Virus record (IMG/VR): IMGVR_UViG_3300026119_000001
DNA: 64,000 nt
Direction: 5' to 3' (one strand)
From: an uncultured virus (IMG/VR IMGVR_UViG_3300026119_000001)
Lineage: Duplodnaviria; Heunggongvirae; Uroviricota; Caudoviricetes
The notes under the pieces: generated by a model
Told to the model about the DNA's origin: nothing
Databases searched by the model: none
Seen by the model: only the letters and a program-made list of their open reading frames with translations
Translations under genes and position numbers: made by a program
Shown here: positions 49,040-57,427 of the stretch, piece by piece
How positions within the stretch are numbered: position 1 is the first letter of the stretch
Layout of the letters: each line of letters begins with the position of its first letter

Positions 49040-49477
49040 ATGGCAAAGAGTTACAAAGGTTTATATAAAGCAACACACCCTAAAAAGTATGTAGGCAATC
49101 CAAATCAAATAGTATATAGGTCTCTTTTAGAACGGAGATTTATGCGTTACTGTGATTTAAATCCTGATATAGTACATTGGGCAAGTGAAGAGTTACCTAT
49201 CAAGTACTACAGTCCATTAGATAAACAGTGGCACAGATACTTTCCAGACTTTGTAATTAAGACAATTAAAGATAAAAAATATATGATTGAAATTAAACCA
49301 TCCAGGCAAACTAAAAGACCTAAAACACCTAAAAGAAAAACAAGGTCATTTATGATTGAGTCATTTAACTATATTAAAAATACAGCAAAATGGTCTGCTG
49401 CTAGGTCATTTTGTTCAGATAATAATATGCAATTCAAAATTATTACTGAAAAAGATATGGGATTAAATAAGTACTAA
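49040..49477 (+). CDS. head completion nuclease gp4
   Basis: KYVGNP..IVYRS..ER.FM..CD....WASEE, RYFPDF, IEIKP..QT, N.AKW.AA, F.IITE. Confidence 0.92.
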   Translation: MAKSYKGLYKATHPKKYVGNPNQIVYRSLLERRFMRYCDLNPDIVHWASEELPIKYYSPLDKQWHRYFPDFVIKTIKDKKYMIEIKPSRQTKRPKTPKRKTRSFMIESFNYIKNTAKWSAARSFCSDNNMQFKIITEKDMGLNKY

Positions 49478-49782
49478 AGTGAAAATGATGTGCCACATCC
49501 ACAAGAAGATTTAGCTTTAGGGTTATTGAATACAAAATTAGAACCAAATATATCGTTCTTATAATCTAACTGCATACCTAATATATACATTTCATTTATT
49601 TTATCTATTAATAACTTATCATCAACAATTAAATCTGTATCAGTTGGCGTATCTTCAAATGTCCAATCATATCCAAAACCAGCACAACCACCACCCTTTA
49701 CAGATAGTCTAACATATTTCTTATTATGTTGTTCTCTTAATTCATTTATTCTATTTTTTGCATTTTCTAATATTGTTATCAT
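49474..49782 (-). CDS. A-type Fe-S carrier (IscA/SufA/HesB family)
   Basis: VKGGGCAGF.Y and NPKAKSSCGCGTSF. Confidence 0.93.
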   Translation of the reverse strand: MITILENAKNRINELREQHNKKYVRLSVKGGGCAGFGYDWTFEDTPTDTDLIVDDKLLIDKINEMYILGMQLDYKNDIFGSNFVFNNPKAKSSCGCGTSFSL

Positions 49783-49805
49783 ATCTATTCTCTTCTATTT
49801 ATTCT

Positions 49806-51644
49806 CTAAAATACGTCTGCGTAAAGGAAATCTTTATTTCTAGTAGTCATATTCAAATTACTAGCGTTCATTCCAATGGATTTTTTACTAGTTGCATTAT
49901 TAACAACATTACTAGTTGTTATAATTGGAGAAGTAGCAAAATCTTTAGCATCTGCTACTAGACCACCTTTCTTACTAGTAAACTTCTTAAAGAAGTTTTT
50001 ATATAAACCACCTTCAGCATAACCTTCTTCTCCTCCAGGGAGGACAGTTGCAAGTGTTTTTCCAAACCAACCTTTTTCATCTTCTTTTCCTTCAATTTTT
50101 TTCAAACTTTTCTTTTCTTGGTCTATATCTGATTGTATGGTTTGTATTGTTTCTTTACCTTCACCTGATTGTATTGCACTTTCCATTTTAGCTTCTAAAC
50201 TTGCAATAGTATCCCTTGTTTTGTCCGCTTTGTCTGGATCCACTATTTTAGTTTCATCAAATCCAGAAGTTTTACCTGATTCTATAGCCGTCATATGTTC
50301 AGGTACTTCTTCACCTTCTGCTCTTAATTCAGCAGCACCTTCAGCAGCAGTTATTTTTATAATTTGTTGATGTTTTAATAATCTTGATAATAATTTTTCA
50401 GATTTGTCACCAAATGCTCCTTCTTTCGCCATTAACGTCAAATTATTCAATGTTTCCATATAAGCACCTGTAGCACTTTTATCTTTAAGTGTTGTTTTTA
50501 AGTCATCCATATTTGTACTTAAAAATTCTTCAGCAGTTGCAATCATTTTCTTTTGTTCATCTGCATTAAGAGCTGTACCTCTTTCAGGTCCTTCTGCTGA
50601 TTGGACTTTATCTAATGCACTAGCTGTAGCTTCTTGTTTTTCTTTTTCTTTTCTTTCTTCTCCAATGTCTCCTACTGGATCAATTTCTAATTTCTTTATA
50701 TTTACACCTGGTATTTTATTAGCTAACCCAATATAAAAATTAATCATATGTTTAATTCCATTCTGTATCTTTCTCAACACCCAAATAATTGGGTCAAAGA
50801 TACCCTTTGACATATCAGCTATTTTTTCTGCAAAACCAGATATCCCATCCATAACCCATTCTTTTACACTTACAAATTTATCAACTATATTCTGAAACAT
50901 TTCCTGAAGTACTACAATTATATTGTTTATAAAGGCAGTTATCTTTTCACCACCAATCCATCCCATTATACCACCAATTAATGCACCAATAATACCTCCA
51001 ACAATTGGCCCAAAAATTGGAACAACCATCCCTAAACCAGCACCAATCAATGCAAACTTACCCATACCTGCGAACATTCCTCTTATGCCACTATTCATAC
51101 CACCAAAAAATCCACCTATGAATCCAGGTACACCACCAAACACCTTTGAACCTCTAAATCCATCCACTACAGCCCAGGCAAGACCTGTTATTAATGCTGT
51201 AATACCACCCCAAAGTATGGTACTAATGGTAATGGCTGCTACAGTAGCTAACTTTCCAAAAAAACCTTTTTTGGGTTTTTCAGGATCTTCTCCAAATTTA
51301 GCCAGGTCTCCTCCTTCACCTGTTTCACTTGGAATAGGTGGACCTATAAAGTCAGGATCTTTTGCTCTTTCTCTACGTGCCGCATCTTTTTCAAAATCTA
51401 ATTGTGCCTTTAATACTTCCCAAACTTCAGTCATTTTATCAACAGTTCTTTGTTGTAAATCTCTAACACGTTCTAATACTCTAAAGACAGGAGTAGATTC
51501 TTTTGAACCATCTTGAGCTAGACCTTTAAATCCTATTAAGGATTGACCTACTTTGCCTTGTATATTTTCTCCAACCGACTTAATATTAGCTGCTGAAGTA
51601 ATTTTTTCTGCTAATGTTGATGATAATAGTATTTCGTCTGCCAT
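49806..51644 (-). CDS. tape-measure-like protein (gp29 equivalent)
   Basis: 612 aa, helical, Gly-rich hydrophobic middle; lies downstream of gp26/gp51. Confidence 0.6.
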   Translation of the reverse strand: MADEILLSSTLAEKITSAANIKSVGENIQGKVGQSLIGFKGLAQDGSKESTPVFRVLERVRDLQQRTVDKMTEVWEVLKAQLDFEKDAARRERAKDPDFIGPPIPSETGEGGDLAKFGEDPEKPKKGFFGKLATVAAITISTILWGGITALITGLAWAVVDGFRGSKVFGGVPGFIGGFFGGMNSGIRGMFAGMGKFALIGAGLGMVVPIFGPIVGGIIGALIGGIMGWIGGEKITAFINNIIVVLQEMFQNIVDKFVSVKEWVMDGISGFAEKIADMSKGIFDPIIWVLRKIQNGIKHMINFYIGLANKIPGVNIKKLEIDPVGDIGEERKEKEKQEATASALDKVQSAEGPERGTALNADEQKKMIATAEEFLSTNMDDLKTTLKDKSATGAYMETLNNLTLMAKEGAFGDKSEKLLSRLLKHQQIIKITAAEGAAELRAEGEEVPEHMTAIESGKTSGFDETKIVDPDKADKTRDTIASLEAKMESAIQSGEGKETIQTIQSDIDQEKKSLKKIEGKEDEKGWFGKTLATVLPGGEEGYAEGGLYKNFFKKFTSKKGGLVADAKDFATSPIITTSNVVNNATSKKSIGMNASNLNMTTRNKDFLYADVF

Positions 51645-51784
51645 TATACACTTTCCATAATTGCTTTAATAAAATCTGCATTTGCTTTTTTAGTTTCATC
51701 ACATATTGTTCCAGCAGTTTTTACTGTTTCTTTACACGCTTCGTGTGAAATATTAATTAACCATTTCTTTAATTGTTCTAACAT
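51644..51784 (-). CDS. 46-aa hypothetical protein
   Basis: Hand translation MLEQLKKWLIISHEACKETVKTAGTICDETKKANADFIKAIMESV; TAATG coupling on both sides. Confidence 0.55.
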   Translation of the reverse strand: MLEQLKKWLINISHEACKETVKTAGTICDETKKANADFIKAIMESV

Positions 51785-52161
51785 TATACTCCCTCCGTTA
51801 ATACTTTTATAATTCTTAAACCATATTTAGTTTGAGAATCTTCTTCTAAATCTGCCTGTATAACCCTACAACTAAACATCACTCTCTCACCACCTATTTC
51901 TCTCATCGCCACCCTTTTACTCTTTAGACAAGAAGATACAGTTGGTCTATATACATACTCAATTAATTTTCCATTTAAATGTAATAACAATGCTGCTGTT
52001 TCCACATTCAAATGTTTTTTACCTGGTTTGTATTCTAGTGATTCTGCTCTATTATGTAAAAACATACCAAACAAAATAGCAATTAGGAAAAGGACACCAA
52101 GAGCCTTTGTTATCCATTTTAAATCTCCATTGAATTTCTTCCACATATTAATGTTGTCCAT
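51784..52161 (-). CDS. membrane-anchored protein with CLKSKR domain
   Basis: N-terminal TM; domain shared with 42387..42668. Confidence 0.65.
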   Translation of the reverse strand: MDNINMWKKFNGDLKWITKALGVLFLIAILFGMFLHNRAESLEYKPGKKHLNVETAALLLHLNGKLIEYVYRPTVSSCLKSKRVAMREIGGERVMFSCRVIQADLEEDSQTKYGLRIIKVLTEGV

Positions 52162-52552
52162 TCGTTGCTTTAATTTCTCTTTGTCCGTCCTTTAACTTCT
52201 CAATATTTTCTCTAGCTTCTTTTACATCCTCTTGAAGTCTTTTTATATTAACTGCATTGTGCATCATATTATCTAATCTTTTTTCCAATTTCTCCACTTG
52301 TCCAATGACCATTTCCAATAACATAAATTGTTCAGCATCAGCAGGAAGTGAACCTAATTCTCCTCTTGGCCATTTAATAGAAAACTCAACTGCTTTTTCT
52401 AAATCAGATTTCATTAAAGTATTTTGTGTTTCTACATTATTAAGTCTTTCAATAACTCCAAAATACGCCCATACACCTACTCCAACTGCTGTCAATATAG
52501 ACAACAGATTTCTCATAGGCATTGAAATAGCTGTGTTATCTGATACTTTCAT
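52148..52552 (-). CDS. single-TM coiled-coil protein
   Basis: TM LLSILTAVGVGVWAYFGVI followed by heptad-rich region. Confidence 0.65.
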   Translation of the reverse strand: MKVSDNTAISMPMRNLLSILTAVGVGVWAYFGVIERLNNVETQNTLMKSDLEKAVEFSIKWPRGELGSLPADAEQFMLLEMVIGQVEKLEKRLDNMMHNAVNIKRLQEDVKEARENIEKLKDGQREIKATNGQH

Positions 52553-52560
52553 AAACTTTC

Positions 52561-52887
52561 TTACTTCTTATTTTTAGGTAATGTTGCACCTGGTTTGCCA
52601 ACATATAATCCAAAGAATGCCGCTCCTGCACCAACTATTGTTGATATGTACATTGCTTGAGAGTTTGTTGGATCAGGTAACTGCATAAACCAAGTTACTG
52701 ATTGATAAAATGCATAAATGTATGCCAACATTATAAGTCTAGGTATAAATCTAAACTTATCCATAATACCTGCTACTTTATTATACCACGTAGGCGCATC
52801 TTGTCCAGAGTCAGGAACAAGGTCGCTTTTATCCAGTTCGTATGTTATTTCTTTGACTTTAATTTTATCAACTTTTTCGTCTGCCAT
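52561..52887 (-). CDS. two-TM membrane protein (holin-like candidate)
   Basis: RFIPRLIMLAY.. and ISTIVGAGAAFFGLYV. Confidence 0.5.
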   Translation of the reverse strand: MADEKVDKIKVKEITYELDKSDLVPDSGQDAPTWYNKVAGIMDKFRFIPRLIMLAYIYAFYQSVTWFMQLPDPTNSQAMYISTIVGAGAAFFGLYVGKPGATLPKNKK

Positions 52888-52893
52888 ATGTTC

Positions 52894-53088
52894 CTATTTA
52901 TTCTGTTGGTTTCTAGCCCTAGTCCTATCATTTTCTTCTTTAATATGTTGTGTTAACAAATTCACATATATTTCCCTCTCCCAAGGCAGCATATTTTCAA
53001 GTTCAGTTAGCGAATATTTGTGATGTTGCATTAATGCAAAATTCACTTGATAATAATTCTCTAAACTTTCGTGAGAGAGGGCAATACG
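52894..53088 (-). CDS. gp51-like baseplate assembly protein, probably reached by -1 frameshift from gp26
   Basis: Hand translation RIALSHESLENYYQVNFALMQHHKYSLTELENMLPWEREIYVNLL..; possible internal starts GTG 53046 and ATG 53031. Confidence 0.8.
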   Translation of the reverse strand, partial: RIALSHESLENYYQVNFALMQHHKYSLTELENMLPWEREIYVNLLTQHIKEENDRTRARNQQNK

Positions 53089-53798
53089 AAAAAATCCTGT
53101 AACCCTTGAAGAGTCCTTTTACTCTTGACTTTTGTCTTCGGGTTCTCTAGTTCTACCTCTTGCTTCAATTTAGGCATAGTATCAAAAAAATTATTAACTT
53201 TTTGAAATGCCTTGGAATCTAAACTCTCAATAAACTTGTTTAAATCTTCTTTACTGTAATCAGAAGGTGTATGTATTTTATCACCTTCATAAATTTGATA
53301 AATTGAATTTACCAATAAATCAAACATTTGTTTTGTCTTCATACCCTTTACATCAACTGTTGGATCAATTGAATTAATTGTAGGATAACTCATAATAATC
53401 CCAATATTTTTCTTTTCATCAATCACAATCTTATTCGTATGGTCTTCTTCAACGTGTACCTCAACTTTAGACAAATCTACTTCTACTTCAGCATAAGTTT
53501 TATTGTCATCTGGACATAATAATTTAAGTGTTACTACTTCTCCAACTGACTTCGCCCTTATTTGTAAAAATATATATTCTAAATCAAATGTAGGTAACTC
53601 ATCTATGTTAATTGATCCAAAGGTACAAGCGTGACAAACTTGTTTTAAAGCACTAACTAGTTCAATATTTTCATTTGATTCTAGTGCTTGTAATAAAACC
53701 TTTTCTTCTTTTACAAGAAATGGTCTGTACTTAATCTTAACATCTTTGGATGGTAATGTCAATTCATAAGTCGCTGTTTCTACTATAGGCAATGCCAT
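53061..53798 (-). CDS. baseplate hub assembly chaperone gp26
   Basis: MALP....YELTLPS, YRPFLVKEEK.LL, FDLEYIFLQIRAKSVGE, FF.TMPKL, GLQDFF. Confidence 0.92.
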   Translation of the reverse strand: MALPIVETATYELTLPSKDVKIKYRPFLVKEEKVLLQALESNENIELVSALKQVCHACTFGSINIDELPTFDLEYIFLQIRAKSVGEVVTLKLLCPDDNKTYAEVEVDLSKVEVHVEEDHTNKIVIDEKKNIGIIMSYPTINSIDPTVDVKGMKTKQMFDLLVNSIYQIYEGDKIHTPSDYSKEDLNKFIESLDSKAFQKVNNFFDTMPKLKQEVELENPKTKVKSKRTLQGLQDFFVLPSLTKV

Positions 53799-53821
53799 AA
53801 TCTATTCTCCTTATTATATTA

Positions 53822-53829
53822 TATTTATA
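53822..53829 (-). promoter_or_regulatory. T4-type late promoter
   Basis: TATTTATA on plus upstream of gp26. Confidence 0.75.
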
Positions 53830-53834
53830 TTATA

Positions 53835-54788
53835 TTAAAAGAATGGTGGAAATACTCTTCCTCCTGTCGTTCTACCAATTGGTATATCTCTTCTTATCTT
53901 CTCTATTATTGATTTTCCTGCACGTTTAATTTCTGGTGGTAATTTATTTAATATGCCACCAAATATTCCATAGTTCTTACTAGGTTTAATATTTGGCATA
54001 TCAGGTACAGCCTTACCAAGTTCTGCTTTAGAAACTTGTTCTAATGTTAAATTCTCCCAAGTTCTATATGAAAAAGTTATGGGTATCTCCATAGGCATTT
54101 GGTCTTCCGCTAATGACATTAATGCTACCTCTCCAACATTATCAGGATATACTTCGTTCAATCTTACTGCATAAGTAATTCTGTGATTATCATTTGGATG
54201 TTCAGTTTTTGATTCTCTATACTGTCCTAATTGATAAATGTCCATAGCACCTACATAAGTTTCATAATAACTCAAATTATGAGTATGTTTATTATATATT
54301 TTATTTTGCCAGTTTTCAAAAAATGCTCTTTGTCTTAAAAACTTATCTGCCATAAAGGTAGCTTCCAGAGAAGCAGAACCATAATTATATGCAAAAGGCA
54401 TTTTTCTACCAGGTCCATATGGTGCAAAGTTTGTAGATAAAATGTTGCGTTGTGGAAATTTAACCGCACTACACATCAAGTTCACATTGTTTATCATATC
54501 ATTTGTTTCTAAAGAATTTGGTCCGCCTGACTCATCACCAGCACCTCCTAAATTAGTTAATTTTCCTATAGGTGGATATAATCTAATTAAAAATCTATTG
54601 GCTTTAGAAACACCTTCACCCTTGTTTATTTCTGTTATAAACCTACCAATAGATGTACTTACATTAACACCTGGTCTATGTTTTGTTATTCTAGGGTCGC
54701 CTTCAACATTAACCAATGATTTATCTCTTGGAAGTCCTATTCGGATATCCATATTACCAATACGTTTGCCTGCTCTGAATATTGCCAT
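53835..54788 (-). CDS. baseplate tail-tube initiator gp54-like (tube fold)
   Basis: R.FFENWQ..I, YY..YVG..DIYQL, YAVRL.EVYP, ITFSYR.W; synteny with gp2 and gp26. Confidence 0.75.
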   Translation of the reverse strand: MAIFRAGKRIGNMDIRIGLPRDKSLVNVEGDPRITKHRPGVNVSTSIGRFITEINKGEGVSKANRFLIRLYPPIGKLTNLGGAGDESGGPNSLETNDMINNVNLMCSAVKFPQRNILSTNFAPYGPGRKMPFAYNYGSASLEATFMADKFLRQRAFFENWQNKIYNKHTHNLSYYETYVGAMDIYQLGQYRESKTEHPNDNHRITYAVRLNEVYPDNVGEVALMSLAEDQMPMEIPITFSYRTWENLTLEQVSKAELGKAVPDMPNIKPSKNYGIFGGILNKLPPEIKRAGKSIIEKIRRDIPIGRTTGGRVFPPFF

Positions 54789-55342
54789 TAAACTACTTTC
54801 CTACTGTCTGACCACACTCTTTGTGGTGTTGCTTTCTTAAATTGTTGTACAGGTAGATATACTGCAATTGCCATTTCATTAATATCTATTCTTAAAAAAT
54901 TTGACCTAACGTGTTTCCACAAATATTTCTTAACTGTTGGTTTAATCATACTTATATTTTTAAGTGTATTATATGACGCATTTATTATTGTAGTACGGTC
55001 AAAATCTGTATTACTAGCATATCTTTGTAACTCTTGTAATAATTTAAATCTCAACCCATAGGGTAAATAATGAAAATTCAACCCTACAAACCCACCTCTA
55101 AATGTATCTATAGGCAACACTAATGGAAATATATCATAATAAGGTAATGTCTTTTTGCCTTTAGGGTCATAAAAATAAAAATTCAAACGACCTGCACTAG
55201 GTCTAGCATTCAACTTGCCACTTCTCATAAGAGTACGTGCTCCTGCCCTACCAGAGATAGTACTTACAGCATTTCTATACCAGGACGCTGCCTTTAACGC
55301 CCCCTTTTGTCTATCTATTATGGGGTCAAATATATTTACCAT
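54788..55342 (-). CDS. DNA end protector gp2
   Basis: YDPK.K.TLPYYD.FPLV, GLNFHYLP, KKYL..HVRS, LPVQQF; ATG at 55342. Confidence 0.9.
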   Translation of the reverse strand: MVNIFDPIIDRQKGALKAASWYRNAVSTISGRAGARTLMRSGKLNARPSAGRLNFYFYDPKGKKTLPYYDIFPLVLPIDTFRGGFVGLNFHYLPYGLRFKLLQELQRYASNTDFDRTTIINASYNTLKNISMIKPTVKKYLWKHVRSNFLRIDINEMAIAVYLPVQQFKKATPQRVWSDSRKVV

Positions 55343-55347
55343 ATGTA

Positions 55348-55355
55348 TATTTATA
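55348..55355 (-). promoter_or_regulatory. T4-type late promoter
   Basis: TATTTATA on plus, just beyond the gp32 terminator. Confidence 0.75.
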
Positions 55356-55358
55356 ATG

Positions 55359-55387
55359 AAAAAGGGCACCTATTACTAGGTGCCCTT
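55359..55387 (-). terminator. rho-independent terminator after gp32
   Basis: 11-bp perfect stem AAGGGCACCTA/TAGGTGCCCTT, GTAA loop on the minus strand, ending in a T-tract. Confidence 0.88.
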
Positions 55388-55418
55388 AAAGTTTAACGTA
55401 TTTTTGAGAGAGAAAGGT

Positions 55419-56309
55419 CTACTCTTCGTCTGCCAATTTACTAAAATAAGACAACGTATCGTCTTCCTCGCTAGCAGGTTTAGAGTGACTTACATCAACT
55501 TTTTTCACTTTACCGTTAGTCTGTTGTGGGAGGTCTACAGTCTCCACGGTACTGGTGTTTCGTGTTCCCATAATTACCCTATTCAGTTTCTCTTTGAGTT
55601 CGTCATAGGTTTTAAAATTACTAGGGTCCACAAAAGATTTTAAAGGATATTGTTTAGACCATATAGCTTTGATACTTTCATCATTTTCTGCTAATGGTTT
55701 CACTCCTTCAAATTCAGATTTGTCATAGTTCCAATAACCATCAACTTTTCTAATTTTCAGTTTAAAGTTTGCACCTTTCCAAAAATCAAATGGGTTGATT
55801 GCTTTTTCATCCTCAAATTGAGGTTGCATTGCTTCTGATATCTTATCAAATATTTTTTTACCATATCTGTATAAGAAAACTTTACCTTCATTTTCTGGAT
55901 GTTTTGGATCGCTGACCATATAGATGTTAGAATAGTATGATAATTTTCTTTTTCTCTTACGAGCAATATCCTTATCACTATCTACACCTGTATTCCACAA
56001 TCTAGTATTATCTTCACTAACTGGATCTTTAGTACTTAAAGTTGTTAATGAATTTTCAATGTACCAACCACCTTTGTCTTGAAATGCGTGTGACCATACT
56101 CTTTGCCAAGGCATTTCTTCCTTTTCAGACGCAGGTAAAAATCTTAAAACGGCATAACCATTTCCAGTTTTATCTAGTTCTGGTTTCCAGAATCTATCGT
56201 CTTGGTACTTACTCTTGTTTGATTGATCCTCAGGATTGAGGTTCGTTTCAAGTGCCTTTGTTATCTTATCAAAGTTACTTGATGATGATTTTAATGTTTC
56301 AAAATCCAT
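55419..56309 (-). CDS. single-stranded DNA-binding protein gp32
   Basis: DDRFWKP..DK.GNGYAVLRFLP, WYIENSLTT, ARKRKRK, GANFKLKI, NYDKSEF, acidic C-tail. Confidence 0.95.
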   Translation of the reverse strand: MDFETLKSSSSNFDKITKALETNLNPEDQSNKSKYQDDRFWKPELDKTGNGYAVLRFLPASEKEEMPWQRVWSHAFQDKGGWYIENSLTTLSTKDPVSEDNTRLWNTGVDSDKDIARKRKRKLSYYSNIYMVSDPKHPENEGKVFLYRYGKKIFDKISEAMQPQFEDEKAINPFDFWKGANFKLKIRKVDGYWNYDKSEFEGVKPLAENDESIKAIWSKQYPLKSFVDPSNFKTYDELKEKLNRVIMGTRNTSTVETVDLPQQTNGKVKKVDVSHSKPASEEDDTLSYFSKLADEE

Positions 56310-56378
56310 ATAATTATATCTCCTTTGTATTAATTGTATGTTGTATTTGTGTTAGCTATATTATCGCTATCTCTTTCT

Positions 56379-56421
56379 TATTTATACTCTCTAATATATC
56401 ATAAACCTAGTATATTGTCAA
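56379..56421 (-). promoter_or_regulatory. sigma70 promoter plus late promoter for gp32
   Basis: TTGACA (56421-56416)-N17-TATATT (56398-56393) with extended TG; TATAAATA at 56386-56379. Confidence 0.75.
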
Positions 56422-57240
56422 GCTTGGAATAATCTATGTATTTTAGATTAGAAGTGCTATACCACTCTTCAATCGGTCCACTTACTTTATCTCGTCCATC
56501 ATTATATAGATTAACCTTATAAAACTGTATCTGTGGAAACCTATTAAACATAATCTTCCATTGGTTAATCCAATTGATAGCAGGTGTAGGACTATTTCCT
56601 TCTGCTGTATAATGTTTAGTACTCTTATATAAGTTATTAAGAAATTTATTATGACTATATAAATCGTGTCCTACTAAAAATATTTCATTAGGTCTCTCTA
56701 CTTTAGCAGCAACCAAACCAGATGTAGCACCACAAGCCCAACCGTGGTCTTTAGGTTCATCAATATCGTCTAGTGAATGTGAATAATCTGGCTCTTTAAT
56801 CCAACTAACTTTAACTGTAGCGTGTTTAACGTTCTTTCTAGTTATATCTCCATCTTTTTTTAATATTGCAACAATACCTTCTAAATTACCACCGTGCATA
56901 ACATATTGCTTTGAATCACCACGTTCATTTGTTATCAATATACCCTTTTTAACTGCCTCTTCAACATCTTCTACAGACAACTATCTGCAAGTACTTTATC
57001 ATATGAAAATGCAGGCACAGGTGTCCAACCTCTAAAATAGCAAGGAACCTTTTGTGCATAACCACTATGATATATTTCGTGTATCATTCCGTGGTCAACG
57101 GAAGTTAAACAATCGCATAAATCAGGATGGTCTCTATAAATGGCATTACACCCATACATTTTACCAAATGGTTTATACTTGTATAAATCTTTATCTTTTC
57201 TACTCTCACCATTACCTATACAAAATACTCTATCTGGCAT
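56399..57240 (-). pseudogene. glycosyltransferase/DUF115-like gene split by a one-base frameshift near 56980
   Basis: 5' ORF has CIGNGESR, YGCNAIYR, SVD; 3' ORF has GWACGATS, IFLVGHD, INW..QW; one extra T (AGT TTG) would fuse them. Confidence 0.6.
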
Positions 57241-57322
57241 TTATACTATCCATCGCTTCTATTATTTCTTTAATAGTCCAAGTACCATTCATTTTCTTTT
57301 CTAAAGTTTCACCGTTTATCAT
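57230..57322 (-). CDS. 30-aa micro-ORF
   Basis: Hand translation MINGETLEKKMNGTWTIKEIIEAMDSINAR; overlaps both neighbours. Confidence 0.4.
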   Translation of the reverse strand: MINGETLEKKMNGTWTIKEIIEAMDSINAR

Positions 57323-57423
57323 CTTACAAAATGTCCAAAATAATTGATATGATTATGCGTCATATAAATGACAAAACTTAAATATATAAACATACAAGCA
57401 AGGTATAATATCATCCATTTCAT
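57319..57423 (-). CDS. 34-aa membrane micro-protein
   Basis: Hand translation MKWMILYLACMFIYLSFVIYMTHNHINYFGHFVR. Confidence 0.4.
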   Translation of the reverse strand: MKWMILYLACMFIYLSFVIYMTHNHINYFGHFVR

Positions 57424-57427
57424 TTTA

